Shown here one piece after another: positions 17,715 through 26,711 of a stretch of 39,658 bases of DNA. The position numbers and the translations under genes were made by a program. Within the stretch, counting starts at the first letter, position 1, and each line of letters starts with the position of its first letter. Location: NCBI GenBank assembly GCA_963845535.1, contig CAWJSK010000005.1:1-39658 (forward strand), read 5' to 3'. The stretch is from an uncultured Spirochaetota bacterium (lineage in GTDB: Bacteria; Spirochaetota; Spirochaetia; SZUA-6; Fen-1364). The notes under the pieces were generated by a model that was not told the DNA's origin, made no database searches, and worked only from the letters and a program-made list of their open reading frames with translations.

Positions 17715-18293
17715 CTATTTCACAATCCACCCATAGGTCCCGCTTCGGATGCCGGCAGCGTTGCCTTCGTCGAAATCGAGGTGGCATTCCAGAAAATGAG
17801 CGGGACCGACTCTGCACACTACGTTCTCAAACACAAGAGCGCGATCACCGCTGACTTTCAGGGAGACTATCTGCCTGTCGGAGACCTCGAAGCGTCTGGC
17901 GTTCTCCGGGTCGAAATGTATGTGTCGTTGCGCAATGATGAGCCCTCGGGTCTTTGCGATTGTACCGGCCGGGCCGACCACCTGGAACGGAAGCGAACCG
18001 TCCAGATGGCCAGATTCCTTGATCGGGCATTCCGTCACTCCAAGCTTGAAGACATCACTTGCCAGAACCTCGCATTGCGTCTCGGGACGGGTAGGGCCGA
18101 GGATGCGTACGCCCTCCAGCCTGCCCTTGGGACCGACAATGGCCACCGTTTCCGCGGCCGCGAACTGCCCGGGCTGCAGCAGCGCTTTGGTTCTGGTGAG
18201 ACTGTAGCCCGGGCCGAAGAGAGCAACAAGATCTTCGGCACTGAGGTGGATGTGGCGATTGGAAAGGTCGATGATCACGCGAGTCTCAGGCAT
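17715..18293 (-). CDS. pduL: Phosphate propanoyl/acetyltransferase PduL
   Basis: SNRHIHLS, QPGQFAA, VRILGP, IIAQRHIH and HLDFDEGNA. Confidence 0.93.
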   Translation of the reverse strand: MPETRVIIDLSNRHIHLSAEDLVALFGPGYSLTRTKALLQPGQFAAAETVAIVGPKGRLEGVRILGPTRPETQCEVLASDVFKLGVTECPIKESGHLDGSLPFQVVGPAGTIAKTRGLIIAQRHIHFDPENARRFEVSDRQIVSLKVSGDRALVFENVVCRVGPAHFLECHLDFDEGNAAGIRSGTYGWIVK

Positions 18294-18401
18294 GGAATCC
18301 TCCCGGCGCGCTCAGAATATGGCCCGCGCGCTTCAATATCAAGGAGACCAGCCGGTTCGTGCACGCTCAGGAGACGCAGGCTAAGTCCGCCTTCCGCCAA
18401 C

Positions 18402-18452
18402 GAGTCTCATATACTGGACTCTTGCGCATGAGTCCAGTATACTGGACTCATG
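18402..18452 (+). promoter_or_regulatory. Tandem palindromic operator overlapping promoter and start codon
   Basis: Perfect 26-bp palindrome CATGAGTCCAGTATACTGGACTCATG (18427-18452) and an imperfect copy at 18402-18421. Contains TATACT 6 nt before the ATG. Confidence 0.85.
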
Positions 18453-18926
18453 AACCTGCACGGTGTCGGCATCCTCGTCGCGGAGAGGCGACGCGCCCGG
18501 GGCGTCACGCTGCAGGCGCTTGCCACGGAGGCTCAGGTCGGCAGATCGACTCTCGCCGCTTTGGAGGCGGGGAAGCTCACGGAACTGGGTTACAGCAAGG
18601 TGGCCCGCATCTGCGCGGCGGTTGGCCTGGTGCTTGAAGCGCGGCCACTGACTCTTGAAAGGCCCCTCGCGCGCCACCGGCATCTCACCGAGGCTGCGGC
18701 CCGGGACCTTACCAAGGCGGCGATAGAGGACATCGTCGTACGCGGAGACATCAACTCGTGGCGCGGACTGGTGCAGGCAATGCAGCGGGACGCCACTGGC
18801 CGTGTAGCCCGCCGGGCGCGCGAAGTTCTGTCAGGAGCGGATAGATCAGACTCGCGCGTGCGTGCATTTTTGACGCTGCTCTCCGGCGCCCTGAAATCGA
18901 AGAGAAGAGACATCAGCCATGCGTAA
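18450..18926 (+). CDS. XRE-type HTH protein fused to a second helical domain; putative antitoxin/regulator
   Basis: RRARGVTLQALATEAQVGRSTLAALEAG HTH; C-terminal RHRHL...AAIEDIVVRG..W. Overlaps the next ORF. Confidence 0.75.
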   Translation: MNLHGVGILVAERRRARGVTLQALATEAQVGRSTLAALEAGKLTELGYSKVARICAAVGLVLEARPLTLERPLARHRHLTEAAARDLTKAAIEDIVVRGDINSWRGLVQAMQRDATGRVARRAREVLSGADRSDSRVRAFLTLLSGALKSKRRDISHA

Positions 18927-19326
18927 GGCCCCTTCGTCCTACGATTGGGAGAAGCTGCTGGCACACGCGGCCATCCTCCAGGCAAAGGTGCCGAGCGCGA
19001 TCCAGCGCCGCATACGCGGAAAGCTGGTCCTTGGCGAAATCGATGGCATCGACGCCGGCCTGAGGAATCAAAGGAGGTCGGCGCCGCTTGAGACGACCTC
19101 GATCAAGGCGCCCGGGGGGCGAGAGCTCAAGGTGCCCACGATAGAAGAGATGCTTCGGATCAAGACCTTCCTGGTTGTCGAACGGAATGCAACGCGGGAC
19201 TACCTCGATGTTGCGGCGCTTTCCCACCACCTGGGCACGGCCAAGAGCGTGCACGCGATAGTGGAGGAGCAGTGCCGCACCGTTGCGATCGCCATCCTGC
19301 GCAAGGCGCCTCCAGAGGCACCGTAG
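18919..19326 (+). pseudogene. Nucleotidyltransferase (AbiEii/DUF1814-like) toxin remnant with apparent in-frame internal deletions
   Basis: Keeps VPTIEEMLRIK..RNATRDYLDV and LGEIDGIDAGLR. The GG...DxD catalytic segment expected after VPSA is absent. Only 135 aa. Confidence 0.6.
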
Positions 19327-19388
19327 CTCGACAGTGGTCGCCACGGAGTTGCCGTGGCTATCTTCGAAGGAAGAAGGAGAACCAGGCG

Positions 19389-19811
19389 ATGGCGATGAAT
19401 CCCGTGGTCCATTTCGAGATGGGAGCGCGAGACCGCGCGCGGATGGCGAAGTTCTACTCGGGTGCGTTCGGCTGGAAGACGACGCAACTGGGGCCCGAGA
19501 TGGGCAACTACATCACGGTACAGACCACCGACACCTCGGAAAACGGTTTTCCCAGGGAGGCGGGCAGGATCAACGGCGGCTTCTTCGAGCGCACACGGGA
19601 AGACCAGGGGACCAGCGTGGTGATCGCGGTGGACAACATCCACGACGCCATGAAGAAGGTCGCGGCGGCTGGCGGCAAGGTGCTCGGCGGCCAGAAGCCG
19701 GGGGAGCCGGACGATATCCCCGGCGTCGGGCTGTACGCGGCATTCGTGGACACCGAGGGCAACCGCGTCGGCATGCTGCAGCCGGCGCCGATGAGAGGCG
19801 CCCCGCGGTAG
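19389..19811 (+). CDS. VOC/glyoxalase family protein
   Basis: MNPVVHFEM, FYSGAFGW, INGGFF, DIPGVGLYAAFVDTEGNRVGMLQP; GAAGGAG RBS. Confidence 0.92.
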   Translation: MAMNPVVHFEMGARDRARMAKFYSGAFGWKTTQLGPEMGNYITVQTTDTSENGFPREAGRINGGFFERTREDQGTSVVIAVDNIHDAMKKVAAAGGKVLGGQKPGEPDDIPGVGLYAAFVDTEGNRVGMLQPAPMRGAPR

Positions 19812-19857
19812 GGGCTCCATCCGAAGCTTTATCGCCTCTCGAGATTCCGGCGCGTGT

Positions 19858-20499
19858 TCATGAGGACAATGAAGATAAGTCCTCCGGTTGGCTCTTGCCG
19901 TAGCGGAGCCCATCAACGAGCAGTGCGACCATGCGCCGAGCATGGTCGGGTCCGCGATCGTAAGCTCTCATGCACAAGCTTGCCACCGCATTCAGAAGAT
20001 CCTCGGCGGTGAAATCGGTGCGGACTTCGCCAGCGGCTACCGCGGACGCAAGAAGTGTCTGAAGTGCGGGTTGGAGTCGTTGTTGGAAGTACGCGGGCAA
20101 CGGGTCGAAGGCTGGGTTTCCCGAGTGCAGGGCGGAAGCCAGCCCGCGTTTGGTTCCAAGAAAGGCTGCATATCGCTGCATCCATTTCGCAAGTGCCTCG
20201 CCAGGCTTGTGCTCGGCGGCCAGGATAGGAGCGGCGTCCGCGCAGGCATCGATTTCGTGACGGAAGACGGCCGCGACGAGATCGGCGCGCTGCGGAAAGT
20301 GGCGATAGAAGGTGCCGATGCCGACTCCGGCCTTCTCGACGATCTCTCGCACTGGAGCGTCCACTCCAGAGGTCGAGAACACCTCGATAGCCGCCTGGAG
20401 CAACGCGTCGATGTTGCGCTGCGCGTCGATGCGCACTCGCCCATCTCTGTGGCCCCGAGGATCCAAGACATCACCTTGGTCTTCCAGTTCGTCTTTCAC
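19858..20499 (-). CDS. TetR/AcrR family regulator
   Basis: RIDAQRN, AGVGIGTFYRHFPQRADL, LLVDGLRY. Confidence 0.92.
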   Translation of the reverse strand: MKDELEDQGDVLDPRGHRDGRVRIDAQRNIDALLQAAIEVFSTSGVDAPVREIVEKAGVGIGTFYRHFPQRADLVAAVFRHEIDACADAAPILAAEHKPGEALAKWMQRYAAFLGTKRGLASALHSGNPAFDPLPAYFQQRLQPALQTLLASAVAAGEVRTDFTAEDLLNAVASLCMRAYDRGPDHARRMVALLVDGLRYGKSQPEDLSSLSS

Positions 20500-20510
20500 T
20501 AACTTTCCCT

Positions 20511-20587
20511 TTGACAATCGGAACTATGTTCCATATATTACAAAGATAAACGGAACATCGTTCCGATACAATTGGAATGTGGTTCCT
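20511..20587 (+). promoter_or_regulatory. Sigma70 promoter with three GGAAC-N3-GTTCC operator boxes
   Basis: TTGACA (20511), 17 bp, TATATT (20534). Boxes at 20519-20533, 20551-20565 and a degenerate one at 20573-20587. Confidence 0.8.
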
Positions 20588-20651
20588 CTTAGCTTCAATG
20601 TAGCACAGCGAAGCGGAGCTGACCACACATCGATGCAAAGAAGGAGATGCC

Positions 20652-21410
20652 ATGCAGGATAAGCGCGTCGCCCTGGTCACCGGGGCTAATCAAGGAGTCG
20701 GTCTTCAGGTCGCAAAGGAGCTCGTTGCGCACGGTCTCACTGTGCTCGTCGGGTCGCGCAATTTCGAGCGTGGCGAGGCTGCGGCCAAGAAGGTTGGGCC
20801 GGACGCCATCGCGCTCCAGCTCGACGTGACGGATCGGGCTTCGATCGCCGCCGCGGCGGAGCGCATCCGCAAGGAGCTCGGCCGCCTCGACCTCCTCGTC
20901 AACAACGCGGCCATCTCAAATACGAGCAAGCTGCCGGGCATGTCCATCGCGGAGTACGCCACGTTGACCCGCCCGAGCAACGTGTCCCTCGATGAAGTGC
21001 GCGCGGTGTGGGATACCAACGTGTTCGGCGTGCTGGCCGTTTACCAGGCGATGCTGCCGCTCCTGCGTGAGTCGTCGGACGCCCGCATCGTCAACGTGTC
21101 GAGCGGCGTTGGCTCGCTGACGGATAACGCGAACCCGGCCTCCCCCTACCACAAGTCCTTCGGTCCTGTTTACCCTGCGTCCAAGGCGGCTCTCAACGCC
21201 ATGACGCTCGCCATGATGATCGAGCTGGAGTCGACCGGGATCAAGGTCAACTTAGTCTCCCCGGCCTTCACCAAGACGAACCTCAACGGATACGAGGGCA
21301 GGGAGTCTGTCGAGGATGGCTCACGCGAGGTGGTGCGCGTTGCGCTCCTCGGCCCGGATGGCCCAACAGGTACATTTACACGCTGGGAAAACGTAAATAT
21401 CCCGTGGTGA
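20652..21410 (+). CDS. SDR family oxidoreductase (carbonyl reductase-like)
   Basis: TGANQGVG, NNAA, VNVSS, YPASK; AAGGAG RBS. Confidence 0.93.
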   Translation: MQDKRVALVTGANQGVGLQVAKELVAHGLTVLVGSRNFERGEAAAKKVGPDAIALQLDVTDRASIAAAAERIRKELGRLDLLVNNAAISNTSKLPGMSIAEYATLTRPSNVSLDEVRAVWDTNVFGVLAVYQAMLPLLRESSDARIVNVSSGVGSLTDNANPASPYHKSFGPVYPASKAALNAMTLAMMIELESTGIKVNLVSPAFTKTNLNGYEGRESVEDGSREVVRVALLGPDGPTGTFTRWENVNIPW

Positions 21411-21527
21411 TGGGCCAATGCTCAAGCACGGTCTTCAGGAACTTGATGGTTCGCACATCATCCTACCGTGACACGGTCCCATGCCGACGAACATGGGGAG
21501 GACATCGTGGCGGTGAGTGCCGCAGAA

Positions 21528-22151
21528 TTATCCTGTCATTCCATTGAGAAGCGTGTGGATGCTGTAGTTCACGAACCGTTCGATACCGCGCCTTCCCTCG
21601 GCGTATGGAGTCACCTGATGGTCGATGATCAGCATGGCCAATCCGTGCATGAGTGACCAAAGAACTCCCGCGAATGCATTCGCATCTCCACTCCTGATCT
21701 CGCCGACTTCCTGGCCGGTGCGGATGACATCCCTGTAGACTCGGTACACTGCCTTCGACGCGACATAGACCTCTTTGTCTTGATTCTGTGAGCTGCGTCC
21801 AGAAAACATCTCACGCAAGAGCCCCGGATCTTGCTCCGCGAACCGGACGTATTCCAGCGCCACCGCTCCCAGCTTCTCCGGTGTGCTGTGTCCAGCCTTT
21901 TCTATTCTATCGGCAAGCCTGCTTGAAAGTTCCTCGAATCCCAACTTCACAATCGCGTCGATCAAAGCCTCTTTGTCCGCAAAGTGTCGGTACGGTGCAG
22001 CATGGCTGACACCGGCTTTGCGAGCAACCGTTCGAAGATCAAATCCATGGACCCCTTCGAGAGAGAGAACCTCCCTCCCTGCCTGAAGCAGGGCATTTTT
22101 CAGGTCCCCGTGATGGTACGCTTTGCGGTATTGCTGACCACGTTCTGACAC
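21528..22151 (-). CDS. TetR/AcrR family regulator (WHG-type)
   Basis: YHHGDLKNALL, AGVSHAAPYRHFADKEAL, WSLMHGLA. Confidence 0.92.
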   Translation of the reverse strand: MSERGQQYRKAYHHGDLKNALLQAGREVLSLEGVHGFDLRTVARKAGVSHAAPYRHFADKEALIDAIVKLGFEELSSRLADRIEKAGHSTPEKLGAVALEYVRFAEQDPGLLREMFSGRSSQNQDKEVYVASKAVYRVYRDVIRTGQEVGEIRSGDANAFAGVLWSLMHGLAMLIIDHQVTPYAEGRRGIERFVNYSIHTLLNGMTG

Positions 22152-22203
22152 TTCAGCCCTTGAAAGAGTATATAGGGAGCTTGCAGCCCTTGCAAGAGAT
22201 CTG

Positions 22204-22241
22204 ATGTTTCTCAGAGAAACAATGTTGCCCTTAGAAACATT
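22204..22241. promoter_or_regulatory. Tandem TetR-type operator
   Basis: TGTTTCT-CAG-AGAAACA (22205-22221) followed by ATGTTGCCCTTAGAAACAT, between divergent tetR and SDR. Confidence 0.65.
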
Positions 22242-22287
22242 GTTTTGTATATTCCTCAGGTCATACTCGGCAACCGAAGGAGGAGAA

Positions 22288-23025
22288 ATGACGCAATCGG
22301 ATCGACGGAAAACTGCTCTTGTCACTGGTGCGAACAAAGGCATTGGTTTTGAGATAGCTCGCCAACTTGGCCGGCAGGGGATCATCGTACTGGTTGGAGC
22401 CCGGAGTGCGGAGCGTGGAAAGGAGGCAGCTCGCAAGTTGCGAGAGGACGGTGTGGAGGCGCGAGAGATTGTGATCGACGTCACGGATGAGGCTTCCATA
22501 CGCAGTGCGGTGAAAGAGATCACCGACGCTTATGGCCGACTCGATATTCTGGTCAACAACGCAGGCATTTCACGTGAGCGTGGCCAAAAGCCAAGCGACA
22601 CCGCCGTGCAGGCGGTGAGGGAAACGTTTGAGACCAACGTTTTTGGAGTGGTTGCTGTTACGAATGCCATGCTTCCTCTTCTTAGGCGATCGAGCACGGG
22701 TCGCATTGTCAACTTGTCCAGCACGATGGGATCGCTTGCATTTGCCGCGGATCCGACATCCCCATATGCGAATCTCATGTTGCTTGCCTACAACTCTTCA
22801 AAAGCCGCCGTCAACTCGATAACGCTCGAATACGCGAAGGAGCTGCGTGGAACACCAATAAAGATCAACGCGGTCAGCCCCGGCTATGTTTCCACTGACC
22901 TGAATCAGCATCGAGGGAATCTCACTCCCGAGCAGGGTGCGGTAGCAGCTGTGAGGTTGGCGCTCATTGCAAATGATGGCCCCTCAGGGTCCTTTCAGGA
23001 CCTCAACGGACCAACGCCTTGGTAA
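22288..23025 (+). CDS. SDR family oxidoreductase (carbonyl reductase-like)
   Basis: TGANKGIG, NNAG, YNSSK, PGYVSTDLN; AGGAGG RBS. Confidence 0.93.
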   Translation: MTQSDRRKTALVTGANKGIGFEIARQLGRQGIIVLVGARSAERGKEAARKLREDGVEAREIVIDVTDEASIRSAVKEITDAYGRLDILVNNAGISRERGQKPSDTAVQAVRETFETNVFGVVAVTNAMLPLLRRSSTGRIVNLSSTMGSLAFAADPTSPYANLMLLAYNSSKAAVNSITLEYAKELRGTPIKINAVSPGYVSTDLNQHRGNLTPEQGAVAAVRLALIANDGPSGSFQDLNGPTPW

Positions 23026-23177
23026 TCCTGGGATGGAGTGGAAACTTACCCACACCGCTTCGGCGGTGTGGGATTTGTTCGGTCTGCACTCGTCGCCGAA
23101 AAGCAGGCTGAAAGACACCACGTACTGCCGCAGAGCGGCTGGATCAGCTATTGGATGTCCAATGAACATGATGATAT
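23026..23177 (+). pseudogene. Remnant of a DUF5519/luciferase-like small protein, internally deleted and lacking both ends
   Basis: SWDGVETYPHRFGGVGF is joined directly to VRSALVAEKQAERHHVLPQSGWISY. The GHxH-containing middle part I recall for this family is missing. Confidence 0.55.
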
Positions 23178-23311
23178 CAGGAAGGACGGGCGGAAAGGAT
23201 CTCCAGCATGCTGGGGAATCCGGGTGCCCGTGGTGAGATGGACCGGCAGAACGTCGCCTTCCCCTCGGCAGACTGCGCCACCGCCGTCGGTCACGTCCAG
23301 GTCGGCGTCGC

Positions 23312-23341
23312 TTGACATATTCCCATATCGGTATATATATT
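23312..23341 (+). promoter_or_regulatory. Promoter and ArsR-type operator
   Basis: TTGACA (23312), 18 bp, TATATT. Imperfect inverted repeat ATATTCCCATATCGGTATAT in the spacer. GTG 6 nt downstream. Confidence 0.6.
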
Positions 23342-23347
23342 AATGTC

Positions 23348-23703
23348 GTGTCGCGGGCTGCAACCACGTCGGACATCTTCAACGCTGTCGCCGAGCCGAG
23401 GCGCCGGCAGATCCTGAGCTACCTGGCGCAACGCGAGCGGTCGGTGAGCGCCATCGCCCAGGCTCTTCAGTTGTCCCAGCCCTCGGTGTCCAAGCACCTG
23501 CGCGTTCTGCGGGACGTGGACCTGGTGCGCACCCGCGCGCCGGAAGGACGCGCCTGTACCAGACAAACGCCAACAACATCAAGCCGCTCCGTGACTGGGC
23601 GGCAACGTTCGAACGCTACTGGCAGCACCAGCTTGTCAGTATCAAAGAGGTCGCGGAGGCCAGCGAACGGCATGAGCCGTCATCGCCACCACGATCCTCA
23701 TGA
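23348..23703 (+). pseudogene. ArsR/SmtB family regulator with a 1-nt deletion near 23536 (real or sequencing error)
   Basis: DIFNAVAEPRRRQIL...SQPSVSKHLRVL in one frame; AGRTRLYQTNANNIKPLRDWAATFERYW continues in another frame. Restoring one base gives 118 aa. Confidence 0.85.
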
Positions 23704-23714
23704 GGAGGGTTTCC

Positions 23715-24233
23715 ATGTCTCTCAAGTCCATTGAGGACCTTACGCTTTCCATCAAGCTCGAGATGCGCGTGCACGCCTCCCTGGAGACGACGTTCGCGGC
23801 GCTGCTGGAGCAGGTCGGTCCGCAGAACGAGACGCCGGAGGGGCGGAATCTGCAGATGGTGCTGGAGCCGTGGCCGGGCGGCCGCTTGTTCCGCGACCTG
23901 GGCAATCACAACGGCCACTTCTGGGGAAACGTGCAGGCCATCAAGCGGCCCACGCTCCTGGAGATCTCGGGACCGCTGTTCGCCTCATCACCGCTGTTCT
24001 CCAATCTTCAGTACCGGCTCACTGAGATCCCCGAGGGCACGCTGATCACGCTACGTCACACGGCGTTCGGGTTCGTGATGGAGGGGGAGGACGTTGCCGC
24101 GGCAGGGCCCACCCACAAAGACAACATCACGCTTGGCTGGAAGCACACGTTGGAGCGCGTGCGGCAGCAGGCGGAGACCGGGAATCCCGCGGGGCAGCCC
24201 GCAGAGGCACGATCAGGCGCGAACGGGCGGTGA
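23715..24233 (+). CDS. SRPBCC/AHSA1 (START-like) domain protein
   Basis: LEPWPGGRLFRDLG, HFWGNVQAIKRPTLLE, GWKHTL; AGGAGG RBS. Confidence 0.85.
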   Translation: MSLKSIEDLTLSIKLEMRVHASLETTFAALLEQVGPQNETPEGRNLQMVLEPWPGGRLFRDLGNHNGHFWGNVQAIKRPTLLEISGPLFASSPLFSNLQYRLTEIPEGTLITLRHTAFGFVMEGEDVAAAGPTHKDNITLGWKHTLERVRQQAETGNPAGQPAEARSGANGR

Positions 24234-24317
24234 TATCAAGGCCGGCCCCGCCCACGTGGCTGCGCGTCTGCCTGGCCGGCCTCACGGTGCCCGGGTGGGT
24301 TTGGAAGGAGCAGGAGT

Positions 24318-25238
24318 ATGGCAGGAAAAGATTTCACGGCAACCCTTTCGGTAGACCAGTCACCGAAAGATGTCTTCGACGCGATCAATAATGTCCGCGG
24401 GTGGTGGTCGGGAGATATCTTCGGCAGCGTCGACAAGGTCGGCGCGGAGTTCACATACCGCTATGGCGAAGAGCACTTTTCACGGCAGAAGGTTGCAGAG
24501 CTCGTTCCAGGCAAGAAGGTCGTCTGGCACGTGACGGACGCGAAGCTGAGCTTTGACAAGACAGACGAATGGGTCGGCACGGACATCGTCTTCGAGATCA
24601 CTCAGAAGGGCAACAAGACCGAGGTACACTTCACGCATGCAGGCCTGGTCCCCGCCTTTCAGTGCTATGGGGATTGCTCGACTGCATGGAGCACGCTCGT
24701 CCGCGGCAACCTGCGCAGGTTGATCACCACGGGCAAGGCTCAACCGGACGCTTTCGCCTCCAACGTCACGGCAGGGCAAGACTACACGGCAAGCTTTACC
24801 GTGGACCAGTCTCCGAAGCAGGTCTTCGATGCCATCAAGAACGTCCGTGGCTGGTGGTCCGAAGAGATTGAAGGCATGACCGACACGAAAGGGACGGAGT
24901 TCAGGTACCACTACCAGGACGTCCATCGCTGCACGATGCGGATAACGGAGCTGATTCCCGAAAAGAAGGTCGAATGGCTTGTCCTGGACAACTATTTCAA
25001 TTTCGTTGAAGACAAGGGCGACGAGTGGAAAGGCACGAAGGTCGTCTTCGAGATCTCTCGGAAGGGTGACAAGACGGAAGTGCACTTCACTCACGTGGGC
25101 CTCGTTCCGCAGCATGAGTGCTACAGCGTCTGCTCCAACGCGTGGGGCTCGTACGTCAGCGGGAGCTTGTGGAAGCTGATTACCACGGGAAAAGGGAACC
25201 CAAACCGCAAGGAAGACGCGGTGAGTCGGTCCAAGTGA
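24318..25238 (+). CDS. Protein with two tandem SRPBCC domains
   Basis: DQSPKxVFDAIxNVRGWWS...EWxGTxxVFEI...FTHxGLVP..CY..CS.AW occurs twice. Confidence 0.88.
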   Translation: MAGKDFTATLSVDQSPKDVFDAINNVRGWWSGDIFGSVDKVGAEFTYRYGEEHFSRQKVAELVPGKKVVWHVTDAKLSFDKTDEWVGTDIVFEITQKGNKTEVHFTHAGLVPAFQCYGDCSTAWSTLVRGNLRRLITTGKAQPDAFASNVTAGQDYTASFTVDQSPKQVFDAIKNVRGWWSEEIEGMTDTKGTEFRYHYQDVHRCTMRITELIPEKKVEWLVLDNYFNFVEDKGDEWKGTKVVFEISRKGDKTEVHFTHVGLVPQHECYSVCSNAWGSYVSGSLWKLITTGKGNPNRKEDAVSRSK

Positions 25239-25297
25239 TGCTATCGCTTGCGCCGCCGCATGCAGGCCAGCCCGCAATTGTGGCGGCGTGTGCGCGA

Positions 25298-26450
25298 TCA
25301 ATGAACCGTGTAGGCAGACACATCATTACTACCCAAAGAATTCGCGACATAGACGAACTTGCCCGTCGGGTCCACCGTTACGGAAATGGGACCGCCACCA
25401 GCGGCAAACGGCGAGCCGAGACTCTTCAGCTCTGTGAGTGCGCCGTTCGAGCCAAGGGAGTAAGCAGACACGTTGTCACTAGTGTAATTCGCGACATAGG
25501 CGAACTTGCCCGTCGGGTCCACCGCCACAGAAAATGGTGCCGCACCAGCGGGCAAACGGCGAGCCGAGACTCTTCAGCTCCGTGAGTGCGCCGTCTGAGC
25601 CAAGAGAGTAGGCAGACACATTGTTGCTGCCGCTATTCGCGACATAGACGAACTTGCCCGTCGGGTCCACCGCCACAGAATAGGGTGTCGTACCGGCAGC
25701 ATACGGCGAGCCCGTCAGCGCAGTGAGCGCGCCGTTCGAGCCAACGGAGTAGGCAGACACATTGCTACTGCCGCCATTCGCGACATAAAGGAACTTGCCC
25801 GTCGGGTCCACCGTCACGGAATTGGGTGTCGTACCGGCAGCATACGGCGAGCCCGTCAGCGCAGTGAGCGCGCCGTTCGAGCCAACGGAGTAGGCAGACA
25901 CATTGTTGCTACCGTTATTCGCGACATAGACGAAATGGCTCGTCGGGTCCACCGTCACGGAATATGGTACGGTACCAGCGGCAAACGGCGAGCCTGTCAG
26001 CGCACTGAGTGCGCCGTTCGAACCAAGGGAGTATGCAGACACATTGTTGCTGCCGCTATTCGCGACATAAACGAACTTGCCCGTCGGATCCACCGTCACA
26101 GAATAGGGTGCCGTACCGGCGGCGTACGGAATGCCGTTAACTGTCAGTGCGCCGTTCGAGCCAAGGGAGTAGGGAAACACATTGTCATTACCACGATCCG
26201 CGACATAGACGAACTTGCCCGTCGGGTCCACCGTCACGGAAAAGGGGTAGCTAGCGGCAGCAAACGGCGAGCCGGGCACCGGAACAAGGGCCGGTGTTGT
26301 CCCGGGCGGTGTGCCGCCGTTGCCCGGCCCTGTAACACTGCCTACCGGGCAGGCAATGAGGGCCATCCCGAGACAGACGACTGCAGCAAGGGCCCCCGCG
26401 CGTCTTCTCCCGGACATGCAAACACGCATGCACCTCTGGATAGCTGTCAT
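25298..26450 (-). pseudogene. Seven-bladed beta-propeller lipoprotein (lactonase-like repeats) with a 1-nt insertion at 25550-25552
   Basis: Signal peptide ending in lipobox-like LIAC. Seven ~47-aa repeats GSP[FY]AAG..P.SV.VDPTGKF.YVAN. Removing one base gives 383 aa. Confidence 0.85.
25305..26290 (-). repeat. Coding tandem repeat, 7 units of ~141 bp
   Basis: Recurring near-identical GCGACATAGACGAACTTGCCCGTCGGGTCCACCG core. Confidence 0.9.
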
Positions 26451-26711
26451 CTGTAGCTCCTGTGTGGGTCCACGCCACAAGGCACTGCACACCGTGGGGT
26501 GCGCCGTGGTAGAAACTCGACTATCTCTTCATAAGACTTCATATGGACTAGGGGAATATGCAGCGCGAACGGGCGATCAGGCAATCAGAATTCTCCGCGC
26601 GGCCGGATGGTCCTGCAAAAAGCTACGAGCGAGGCTCCGAGTACGATGACGGACTTCTCGACGATCCCAGCAAAACGCCGCGGTGGATTCCACGGCGGGA
26701 ATGCTGTACCT

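Noticed and set aside
17715..18293. Bacterial microcompartment locus
   Set aside because: No shell, aldehyde dehydrogenase or signature enzyme genes in the window.
25305..26290. CRISPR array
   Set aside because: The ~141-bp period is in frame, the intervening sequences resemble each other, and it encodes propeller blades; no cas genes.
26490..26560. Purine riboswitch suggested by GTTTCTACC on the minus strand
   Set aside because: Lacks the CCGTAAA loop and matching P1-P3 stems.
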